Of a stretch of DNA of 34,981 nt, positions 21,144-31,429 are shown one piece after another. Where the stretch lies: the NCBI GenBank assembly GCA_000934665.2, contig JYFJ02004076.1, positions 1-34,981 on the forward strand, given 5' to 3'. The translations under genes were made by a program, and so were the position numbers. Position 1 is the first letter of the stretch, and each line of letters opens with the position of its first letter. The stretch is from Catajapyx aquilonaris. Its lineage: Eukaryota. Below the pieces are notes generated by a model. The model made no database searches, was not told the origin of the DNA, and saw only the letters and a program-made list of their open reading frames with translations.

Positions 21144-22596
21144 ATGGCCTCGGTTATCCAAGAAGAACTGGCCAGATTGGCCACGTAAGTAACAACAATG
21201 TTTGCATGATTATACCACATAATATTGGGCACACTTACATTTTCAGATGCAACAATGTAGTGAAGAATCCGATGAAAGAAGAACGCGAAAAGCTTTTCTC
21301 ATTATTCCCTCAAGTTGTGACCGATCTGACTCAAGAAATTGACCATCCTGTGCTTCAAGACCTAACTAAATGGTACACGGACGTTCTTCAGTACAACATC
21401 GTTGGAGGAAAGATGACCAGAGCACTCACGTTTGTAATGGCCTGCACGCATCTGATGGAAGGCTCGTTAAATGAAGCCAAATTACAGTTGATTTACAGCA
21501 TAGGATGGTGTATCGAACTGGTCAGTAATTTTTTAAATATATTTTTGACTTTTTTTAAAATATTTATTTGTAAAGCTTCAGGCAGCCGTGTTAGTAGCAG
21601 ACGATATTATGGACAGGAGTGAAACACGACGTGGTAAACTCTGTTGGTACAAACAAAGCCACGTGGGAGTAATGGCAGTTAACGACGCTTTTTTACTGGA
21701 CTCTGGAGTGTACTGCCTTTTACGAAAATACCACGAGAAGCAGCCGTATTACACGAATATTCTTGATGTACTTCACAAGGTAAGTGTACCCTGAATATTT
21801 CATACACATTTTAACATTATTTTCTCATCTTCTAGGTACATTTCTACACAAATTTGGGCCAAACACTTGATAGTCTTAGCTGTAGCACAAAAGCCACTCC
21901 TAGACTACACATGTTCAACGACGAGAGACTTGAGATGATATGCAAATACAAGACCACTTATTACACCTTCCTGCTACCAGTTTCATTGGCCATGTACGTG
22001 GCTGGTATAACCGACGAGAAGCTTCATAGCCAAGTGGACAAAGTGTTTGAGAGGGCTGGAGTATTGTATGAAGCAGAGAATGATTTTTTGGATTGTTATG
22101 GAGACGAGGTGATGACTGGAAAGGCTGGAACTGATATCCAGGAAGGGAAATGCACTTGGTTTGTGGTCACGGCTTTGAAACTGGCCAATAAGGAGCAGAG
22201 GAAGATTCTGGAGGTTAGGTTCGAATATTTGTAAAAATTCGTAGAATTCGTAAAATTCGTAGAATTTACACCTAAATATTCTAACAGTTGTCTGCGAGAT
22301 TATTATTTTTTTTGCGAAATATAGTATTAATAATATGATTTTTTTTTAAATTTTAGGAATGTTTTGGAAGTAGTGATCCAGATGATGTCATAAGAGTGAA
22401 GAATCTCTACAATCAACTGAATCTTCCTCGTCGTTTTCTGAAGTACGCTGAAGATCTGCGGTCTTCTTTGTTTGAAGATATCTGCAGTCTTCCTTCCGAG
22501 ATGTTCCGGTCATTGTGCAAACGAGTAATGGACGAGGCGTACATCAGAAACACGTCTTATGTCAAAAAAATTATTGAAGAGCAATTTCCAGTTTGA
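21144..22596 (+). CDS. Farnesyl diphosphate synthase-like trans-isoprenyl diphosphate synthase (divergent; candidate terpene synthase), 5 exons, 378 aa
   Basis: Exons 21144-21184, 21247-21520, 21576-21779, 21836-22213 and 22357-22596 splice in frame. Motifs [90 protein letters not shown]. Confidence 0.92.
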
Positions 22597-23581
22597 AGAG
22601 AAAAATAATTATTGTTGCCTTATCGAATTGATGTGTAAATTTCAAAGTAAAAACATTGCACAAAAATTATGTTTAGTTCGATTATTTTTGGTTATGTATT
22701 AGATAAAGTGTGGTTATTAAACTGGTAAATAATATGTAATGTGTAACTTACTTCACAAGGCCCCAACTATTGTATGGGTACCAATTGAATTAATGTGAAT
22801 TATAATAGTCAACCCACGCTTACGTAATTAACTCATTAACTTATCTCCAGGACAATGTATGGGAGTTTCGTAATATAATCCAGCCGACTTCTTACTCAAG
22901 TCTTATCATTTGTATCATTGTGTCACATGGTGTCAAACTAATGATTACGTTATCATAATGATCCCAATAAATTAGGATAATACGGTTTAAGAAATCTAAT
23001 ACAAGTAGAAAATACCGCAACTTTTGGTGACAACTGGTGAAAATAAAAGTATGCCAACCTTCAGTTCTATCGAAAAAGTTATTCTGCGACGCAATACTGA
23101 AATATGGTTGTGCAAAATTAATATGCGCTTACATAACATTGTCTGCTATCAGAGTGAGATTATTTAAAATATTTCCTAAAGTACGTTTGAAATATTCAGC
23201 CTAATATGAAATTCATGGTTTGAATGATCAGGCTGCAATTTCAGCTATCACAAAATTTGATTATAAATTATTAAATATTTTATCTACCTTATGCATAAAA
23301 AACTATGACCGTACGAATGTACAGTTATGATTTTATTTATTTATTATGCAACTTGATTGGAAAATTCCGAAACAAAATTTTAAACGAACTATGATGTTTC
23401 ATACAATCAACTTGAACAATGTCATTTTAATGCAATTGTTCCACAGTAATTGATGTCAAATTATTTGCATTGTACGTACTCTCTTTTTAAACTTGCATGA
23501 TGTTTCAATTATTATTTTGGGCATACCTATATATATATATATATATTGCAGGCATCTATGTACAGCCCGTGATATTTTACA

Positions 23582-26500
23582 ATGTCGCCCATCATTTTTC
23601 TGCTGCTGGTTGTACCTGCTCATACAACGGTACGTACTTTGTATTCACTTGTTGGTATGTGTAATTGACATCAAAAATTTCAGACTATATTACCAACCCT
23701 GCCAGATGAAACGGACATACAGTTGGTCAGTCGGTTCGTACAGGAGATACAACTTAAACAAAAAGATTGTCTGCTAGTTATCGGACACGACTACAGGATA
23801 ATGCCATGGTCCATCGTAAGTCTGGTAGGAAATATGAGCCACGAAGGTGTCACAACGGTGCCGGTACGTTGGTCCGAACTGACACCGGAACCGGACAAAA
23901 ACACCGGAGAATCAGGCAACTTCGAGTACTGGTTCTCATGGCTGGAAAGACCCACAGCCAAGGTACGTGACAAGTGCACAACGTTCGTCCTGCTGTACCA
24001 TCGAGACCATTTCGAAGCTCTGATCCGGTATGTGGCCAGTACAGTCCGGATGAACCCGAGGACAGACCGAGTGGTGTACTACAGCCCGAATTCGGACGTG
24101 TACGGAGCCATGTTGCATCCGGACTACCAGTTTCTGTACCAACTAGGACTGAGTCACGATCCGGCTTCCAAGTCACTCAGGATTGGCAACAATTGTCATT
24201 ATTGCAACTCAGGACACGCGAAAGTGGTCGACAGAGGAAGGTGGGTCAAAATTTCTGAAATATTGCATGTCCATAGACACGATAGGCAACCCACAGTGCA
24301 GATGTGTCTGGGGGCACCAATTTGTTTGCATTTTGTACCTAGACACACGTGTCACATAGGTTGCCTTGTGTGTCTAGGGATAGATTTGGAAATATTGCCG
24401 CCCCTAGACACACTTCAGCATTTGTGTCTAGGGGCATGCTAATTTTTCTAAAATTCCATTGAAAATTTTTAAGGAGCGCAACCGAGTGCGCTCCCACACT
24501 CGCGCAGCTCTCTTGTTGTGACATCAATATCGCCAGAGTTACTCTCCAGCGACCAACGTGACCTCTAAGTAGGGCTGTGCGATATCCGAAAGTGCATATC
24601 GACTTTTGATACTCAAAAATATCGAATCGATATATCGATATATCGAGAATCGAAATACCGTCATCGAATCGATATATCGATATATCGAGAATCAAAATAC
24701 CGACATCGAATCGATATATCGATATATCGAGAATAGAAATACCGACATCGAAAAATATCGAAAATCGCGATATTCGATACATCGCACATGCCAAGGGTAG
24801 GATATCGCAACTTCGATATTAGGAAAATATCGTATCGACAGTCGATGTATCGAAATATCGCACAGCCCTACCTCTAAGGTTCGTTCAAGAGCCTTGGCAA
24901 AGTCGAAAACGTCAGCCATTTTATTCCCCTCTAAGAGTAGCGTTGGAAATCAGTTCAGCGCTTACCCACTATACAGAGCTTACCAGATGTTATTAATAAT
25001 TCCAACCCTGCAAGTAGCGCGAACTGTGGTGCGCACTCGGTTGCTCTCATTAAAAACTTACCTACCGCAGCTAATTTTTAAATATATTTTGAACCAGGTA
25101 TGACCCACACGGGTTGTGGCCTCCCGAACTTGACCTGTTTCCTGACCTGTCCCGAGACCTGCATGGTCTCCATCTAAACGGGTCGTTTCCTGTCCCGAGC
25201 ACTCCGGACCAGATGCGAAGTGCTGTTGCCCTGGGCCTGCCGACCTTTACCTTCATGAGGATGTACCTGCTAGTAGGAGATGCGGTCAACTTCGACTGGC
25301 ACCTCGAAGCACCAGTGGCCGAACCTGGTGTTGAACAAGAGGCACTGACTGCAGACGGAAACTGGACCGGAATCATAGGTCGTCTATTGCATCGTCAGAT
25401 CCAGATGGGATCGTGTGTGGCGACTGCTCTTAACAATGTATGTGATCTGTCGTACCCGTACTATACCGGAAAGGTGGAGTTCATACGACGTACTCCAGGT
25501 CCTGTGTACTCATGGATGTCCATTGTACGACCGTACACACCCGGAATGTGGTGTTGTATCCTTGCAGCCGCAACTCTATGTAGCGGACTATTCTGCGCAA
25601 TGATATACGTACATCACGACCCGTTCGGTACCAATCCGCCTCGATCCATACCTCTGTACTCATTACGGTACATGTTCTCCAGCCTCATTGAAGAGAACCC
25701 GAACCTCATTCCGACCGCCGATTCGCTCAGAGTTTACATCGCATTCTGGTGGTTGTTCAGCGAGGTGATTCTCTGCGGGTTCGAGGCATTGTACATCGGG
25801 TTTCTGGTGTCCCCTGAGATGGAATCGCTGCCTGGAGACATGAAGGAGATGGTGGACTGGCCCAACTGGCAGTGGGGGTCAATCGGTTGGCTCAAACCGT
25901 ACATTATCACGTTCACGGCCGAGTCGGAGCTGGATACGCATATGGCGCTCAAACAAGGATTGCAGGTATCAAGAGAAATCCGCACTAACACGGAGAGAAC
26001 TGGGCGTACCAAGGAGAAACGCCCAATATCCAAACCTGGAGATATGACGTTTTTCCTTGGGACGACAGCAGATCTGGTAATATTTTCTTAGAACGGCGGC
26101 GGCATGTCCCAAGCAGAAACTACCTATCTCCAGGTTTGGAGATATGGCATTTCTTCTTGGGACAGCAGATCTGATCTTTTCATATAGGACGGTGGAGACA
26201 CCACGGATTGTCTTCTACGAGCGATCGAGCACGACTTCAGCTGCATTGGACTACTGGACATCCTGATATCCATGTCCTACCAGCGGATGGACATGGAAGG
26301 GACGCCACCGGTCGAGATATCGAACGACAACTCGATCCAGTTCTTGGCTGGAATAGCGGTTCCGAAGTATGCAATATTCGGTCCGATACTAGGTCGCACG
26401 CAACTGTACGCCAGGGACACTGGTATGCTCCAGAAGTGTGAAGATGACTTTGCACATGCTTTTGCAGTGCTGGGATTGAGGGAGGCAAGGGCTGAAGGAA

Positions 26501-26679
26501 GGTTGTATAAGTATTCAATGGCTCTCAATATCGGGCATATGAAAGGGATATTTGTCATGCTGGTGTTGCCACTTGCTGTGAGCATTGCGGTGTTTGCAGG
26601 CGAGATGGGGTGTTTTTGCAGGGGTAAGAATAGAGGTAAGTTGTCTGGGTCAAATCAGGTCATGCACTTCACAAATTGA
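23582..26679 (+). CDS. Divergent ionotropic receptor (IR-C), 4 exons, 654 aa; same subfamily as IR-A/B
   Basis: Exons 23582-23629 (signal peptide MSPIIFLLLVVPAHTT), 23684-24240, 25098-25965 and 26188-26679 splice in frame. Shares GNFEYWFSW.ERPTA, NNCH.CN.G, DGNWTGIIG, LIEENPNLIPT and KEMVDWPNW with IR-A/B. Confidence 0.88.
24473..25049. mobile_element. Older TTAA-flanked TIR element in IR-C intron 2 (Kolobok-like ends)
   Basis: TTAA at 24469-24472 and 25050-25053. Imperfect ~35-bp TIRs ggagcgcaaccgagtgcgctcccacactcgcgc / gcgcgaactgtggtgcgcactcggttgctctca. Superfamily call is tentative. Confidence 0.6.
24570..24870. mobile_element. 301-bp hAT-type MITE with internal ATCGAT-rich tandem repeats
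   Basis: TIR TAGGGCTGTGCGATAT / ATATCGCACAGCCCTA. Exact 8-bp TSD CCTCTAAG at 24562-24569 and 24871-24878. Three ~42-bp internal repeats at ~24621-24750. Confidence 0.92.
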
Positions 26680-27497
26680 TGCTAGGACACAGATGAACGA
26701 GGATGAATTAATATCCAAAATTTAATGCACTGTTCTAAGCTTAGATGTTGATGTTGTTGGTCAAACACGTAATAAAAACAATGCATATTGGGTATGTCGG
26801 AAATTTTACGTAAGTCAAAGCTACGTAAGTCGAGGGCTTCATGCACCAAGTTCTACCTTGTCTGAACGAAAGCTCTGGACAAACAAACAAACAGAAGACA
26901 TAACAATGGATTTTGATGTACGATAATGAGAAAAGGTTCAAAGGCTTATAAATCGAAATAAATAAATATCGTACTGCCCAATTGCACTTCAAGTTTTATT
27001 TACTAATTATTATTCTCAATCCATGCAGGATACAACAATGAAGGTGGATGATTTCATGTAAATAAAATAAACTGTTTAATTCTAATCGACACTGTCGGGT
27101 AATTACGACACACATATACTATGTAAAATGCAAGAAAATAATTAGTAATAGCTCAGTTCCAATTACACTATGATTATTATTATAATTCACAAACATATGT
27201 CACACTTAGCTGAAAGAATCATGCACATAAGACATTCGTGCACTGAATGTGCGTGCAGCAGTTTATGATTTTTATTACCTGTGCACACACACAAATTACA
27301 CACTAAATTATTTATGTATTCCAAGTCAAAGTGAGACATCTAACAAGAGTGTTAATTGCAGCAAAATGAGGCCAGTGTTGTACAAACTTTGCCTTATACT
27401 GTATGAACCTGCTCATATGTACATTACCTATGCACAAATCAATACGCTCTACCAGACTATTACATAACCAGTACAAGCAGTATAGCGGCATGAACAA

Positions 27498-29603
27498 TTA
27501 CTGCTTCTCATCATCTTCTTGGCTAATTACGAAAATTTCGGAATTTTCCTCATTGCTGCAGTCACTTGCTGGTTTTTCGTCTGAATCCTGCTGAACAGCC
27601 GCACTCTTCAGCATCTTTGTCATCTCCAGAACGAACGTCACCAAAGCAACGGCCATTCCAATGGCCCAAAACCCAACCACAACCAGTATGTTCTCACCTC
27701 TGACTCCAGAAGATGGACTCGCATCATCTACCACAGATTTTCTCTCGAAACTCAACTGCCTTCTATTCAACCAATACTTGTGAAATGACTCAACTCGAAT
27801 CCATTGAGCAACCAGGCCACTCTCCTGAATCCGCTTGTGGTAACGGAATATCTTTGGAGACAACACGTTACTTTTGTCGAAACCAAATGTGGTGTACAGA
27901 TCATACGATTTTTCTGGAGCAACTCTTAAGGTGTGTCGACCCATATGATCCAGATAGCTCTGTATGTTTCGTTCAATGAAAAAGTTGAAAGCCAGACACG
28001 CTCTCTTCTCCTTACCTATCACTTGTTCCATGCAGCTTTCAGTGTTGGGTAATGATGATGATTGGTTAATCATTTTCATATGGATCTGATTGTTGACCAC
28101 CTGACTCACCAAAATCTTACTGTAGATGTTCATCAAGCATTCAAATCCTTCTTGGTACAGCTGGTCCATGGTGTTTGGTAGATTCTCCTTAGGCAGAACA
28201 GACAATACGGCTAAGAGTTTGGTCACATATGCGCATGATATGATGATTGACATTAGCATCAAAACGCCTTCGAATATCCGAGATGTTGCAAGAGGCGGGA
28301 GGTCATACTGTTGATCAATCAGCATCTTAAATATAGAGGATGTTACTGACCCAAGGGTGGTTGACCCTCCTGAAGCTCGAATTAGCCTCCAGAGGACTAC
28401 TCCAGAGATGAACCAGGTCACACTCAGGGCCAGCCACAACCTTGGTGTGAATGGAAGGAAGAGTATATCCAGTGGAATGACATCGTTGGGCACTGCGGTC
28501 ACAAACTCAAACAGAAACACTGTGGGTTGAGTTGGAATTGCGACCTGTCGGACATGTAATCCGGACAAGATACTGATGGTTCCAGCATCAGCTTCTCCAG
28601 ATAAGATGTATCCAACAGCTCCTGTCCAACTTCCGTTTGGACGCATGATGTCGATAGCATCTTCTGTAAAATCGGTGTTGATTATCACCTCATATTTGAC
28701 CTTCATTGCGTTTTCCATTTCGAGAAACAAGGACTCTGTGCTGCTCAGATACTCTTTTCCAAGAAGAGCCTTGTTTTTACGGGACACATCTGTGTCCACT
28801 GTTTCGAAATGGACAAACTTGATGGCCGCAGGTTCGTTTGAAATTTCATCTTGATGTGTGTACATTTCTTGAGTCACTTGCTGGACAGGAAATGTTCCCA
28901 AGTTGCGGACAACTGGGCGTCCTTCATGGCAGAAGAAGCAGACAGTTTGCAATTTAATGGTTTCATCTTGATTGTAGCTGTAAAAATATCCCAAATTATT
29001 AAATTTTTTAAATTTCGGGTAATAGTCGTCAACATACCTGGAAATTAGCTTGTAACGAATTCCCTTGGCTGGATGATCCATCAGCTTCATTTCGTCAGAG
29101 AGATGTCGAAAATGGAGTAAGAAGAAGTCGTCCAAGTTCCGAACCTGGACTGTCCCAGCAACTTGTATTAGTTGTTCAGGGAAGGTGGTAGGAGTGTCGG
29201 ACACCAAGACGTGCAGGACACAGGTACCTCCAGGTTGCACTTGGGACATCATATCAGGAGGCATGGTGGTGAACGAGTAGATCTGATCATGACCTGTGAT
29301 TCCGATGTACTCGTTCCATGGTTTGGGTCGAAACACGTTTTGCCCTACATTGCTGAGCGAAACATATGTCGAATAAGCCAGACTCTGCTGTATAAACAGC
29401 CGCGATAGGGATTGACTCGCACATTTGTTGCCATCACCCACTGACAACACCAAAGAGCAACCGCTCAACTCTTTCTGTTTCAAAATATCGGAAGCCAACT
29501 GAAACACCAAGGCATCTTCCTGGTCCTCCGAATGCAACGTGACACTTTTACCATTACATAATGTCAACAGCATCAACACCAAATATGTGACAGTCATGAT
29601 CAT
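27498..29603 (-). CDS. Divergent ionotropic receptor (IR-D), distant from IR-A/B/C; 681 aa if the 60-nt intron is spliced, 701 aa if retained
   Basis: ATG 29603 with a signal peptide. Motifs CFFC, NGSWTGAVGYILSGEADAG, PFTPRLW, AYVTKLLAVL, IQESGLVAQW and last helix GMAVALVTFVLE. Probable intron at 29037-28978. Confidence 0.9.
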   Translation of the reverse strand: MIMTVTYLVLMLLTLCNGKSVTLHSEDQEDALVFQLASDILKQKELSGCSLVLSVGDGNKCASQSLSRLFIQQSLAYSTYVSLSNVGQNVFRPKPWNEYIGITGHDQIYSFTTMPPDMMSQVQPGGTCVLHVLVSDTPTTFPEQLIQVAGTVQVRNLDDFFLLHFRHLSDEMKLMDHPAKGIRYKLISRYVDDYYPKFKKFNNLGYFYSYNQDETIKLQTVCFFCHEGRPVVRNLGTFPVQQVTQEMYTHQDEISNEPAAIKFVHFETVDTDVSRKNKALLGKEYLSSTESLFLEMENAMKVKYEVIINTDFTEDAIDIMRPNGSWTGAVGYILSGEADAGTISILSGLHVRQVAIPTQPTVFLFEFVTAVPNDVIPLDILFLPFTPRLWLALSVTWFISGVVLWRLIRASGGSTTLGSVTSSIFKMLIDQQYDLPPLATSRIFEGVLMLMSIIISCAYVTKLLAVLSVLPKENLPNTMDQLYQEGFECLMNIYSKILVSQVVNNQIHMKMINQSSSLPNTESCMEQVIGKEKRACLAFNFFIERNIQSYLDHMGRHTLRVAPEKSYDLYTTFGFDKSNVLSPKIFRYHKRIQESGLVAQWIRVESFHKYWLNRRQLSFERKSVVDDASPSSGVRGENILVVVGFWAIGMAVALVTFVLEMTKMLKSAAVQQDSDEKPASDCSNEENSEIFVISQEDDEKQ

Positions 29604-30302
29604 GCGAGTGTCACACTCGCAATAGCTTATCCATGCCCATAGCCAACACAAAGTTGTAACTGTTGAGCACTTAGGTGATGAGAAATTATTGACTGGAACG
29701 AAACTCGCAAGGGCCTGTTAAGCAACAGCATGGTTTCAAATAAATCATGACTCATTTTCGCAAGTAAAGGTCAATGATGCCTGTGCTAACCTGTATTTGC
29801 AACACTCCATCGCAACTAACAGTACTAATTTTCACATTAATAGTCACACCATTGCCAAAGAAGTATGAAGAGATGTGTCAACACTATAGTTCTGAAAGAA
29901 ATCGACATAACATGTCGAAACTTCATCAAGAAGAGTGCTCCAGATGTGCCAATGACAAGAAATGAAGTATTATGACCAAATTATGACACATCCTCTGGAA
30001 ATTTTGGCTCAAATTGCTGGCAGCAGACAGGCCTATTCTGTGAAGACGTTCTTCATAACACTGTCATCTTCTTTCCATGGGCTGATTGCAAAGGAGTTTT
30101 AACTCATTCTCTTCATTAACTTAATGACCTTTTAGCTCAAGATGGGTGTGGATTGTCATTACCAAAATCACTTTGGTTTAGCACGTTGTAATCGACACGT
30201 TCAGCATGGTAAGTAGCTCTGGAGTCACTAAACTTGAATATTCGGAAGCAAACGACAGCGGGATGAAAGATAATCCCGTCATAAAAAGGCCTCTGAATTC
30301 AA

Positions 30303-31206
30303 CTAGTCCTCCTTGTCTTGGACACTCGTCTTCTTGCTCTTCTTTCTTTTCCCTGAGATCTTAGCCTTGGCCACCACATTCTTAGATCCGGGTAGGCTGG
30401 GGAACGCAGGGAGTCGCAATGGTTTCTTGTCCATTGGGGCCTGGACAGCTGAAGAAGGGCGAGAAGGAGGTGGTGATGGTGAATGGCTGTCATCAGACTC
30501 CGATGACCTGAAAGAGCATGGTATTATTACACCACTCTCTTAGATGTTGATCCATGTTGATTCTGGGTCAACCTACCTATGTTGTTTAAACCGCTTGAAT
30601 TGCTGGTTTCTGAAGGAGCGTCGCTTCGCCTTGGTCAGCCCCTGGGGTACGGGAACACTGAAACCACAAGGTACAATATTATTGACTGTCAAATTGCACT
30701 GGTACCAGTGTCATTGTGAAAAATGCAGAACATCGGTAATAAGACTTTTCAGTGCAAACAAAGGCCACCGGTGAAATAAGAATGACGAGACGAACTTACA
30801 TCAAATTCGGTGTTGTCTTCAGCTTGAGTGACGGATCGTACGTCCCATCCTGTGCCTCCTCCCAAGACTCGCATCCCTCTGACACATTAAGACTGGGATG
30901 TTCCATGTCCGACACATGTGAAGTCTGTGCCTCTGAGTTGGGACGGCTTGGGCAAGTGTCCATGTGGCTCTCCAACTTCGTGGACGGGACGTGGTGCGAT
31001 GAATTCCATCCACAAACTTCCAGCCCGGAGTGTGGGTATATCCTCCTGCATTTCACAATATGCTGGACGAACCTGCTGGCCAATATCTTATTGTGACTGT
31101 TGTTGTAAGGGCAGATCATGACCATCTCCCCTTCATCCAGCGGATACGACATCGAGACTCCCACCTGGTCCGAGTCGCTTCCGTCATGGACAGACGTCAA
31201 CGTCAT
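30303..31206 (-). CDS. GTSF1: Gametocyte-specific factor 1 / Asterix-like protein (two CHHC zinc fingers), 3 exons, 230 aa
   Basis: CPYNNSH...HIVKC and CGWNSSHHVPSTKLESHMDTC, followed by acidic ESWEE..YDP. Exons 31206-30800, 30657-30577 and 30507-30303 splice in frame (phase 2, GT-AG). Confidence 0.82.
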
Positions 31207-31429
31207 TTTCTTGCTCTGCCGAATAATTGAACATTTATTTCACTGGAATTTGCTCATAATAATAATTCATCTGATGAAATGAAATGGGCAGGCCACAGTC
31301 CTTTTCGTCAAATCCAAACTTGTGTGGACATGAATCTATGATATTTAAATACAGTATCTAATTAACCATGCCCCCGCCTACCATTGCCAATTAATCATAT
31401 TAAAGGATTTACTTAATAATATATTATGA

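Noticed and set aside
24339..24919. Repetitive ORFs (ILDISIYRFD / IESIYRYIEN) and a CRISPR-like look
   Set aside because: Internal tandem repeats of the hAT MITE. There are no unique spacers, no cas genes, and the context is a eukaryotic intron.
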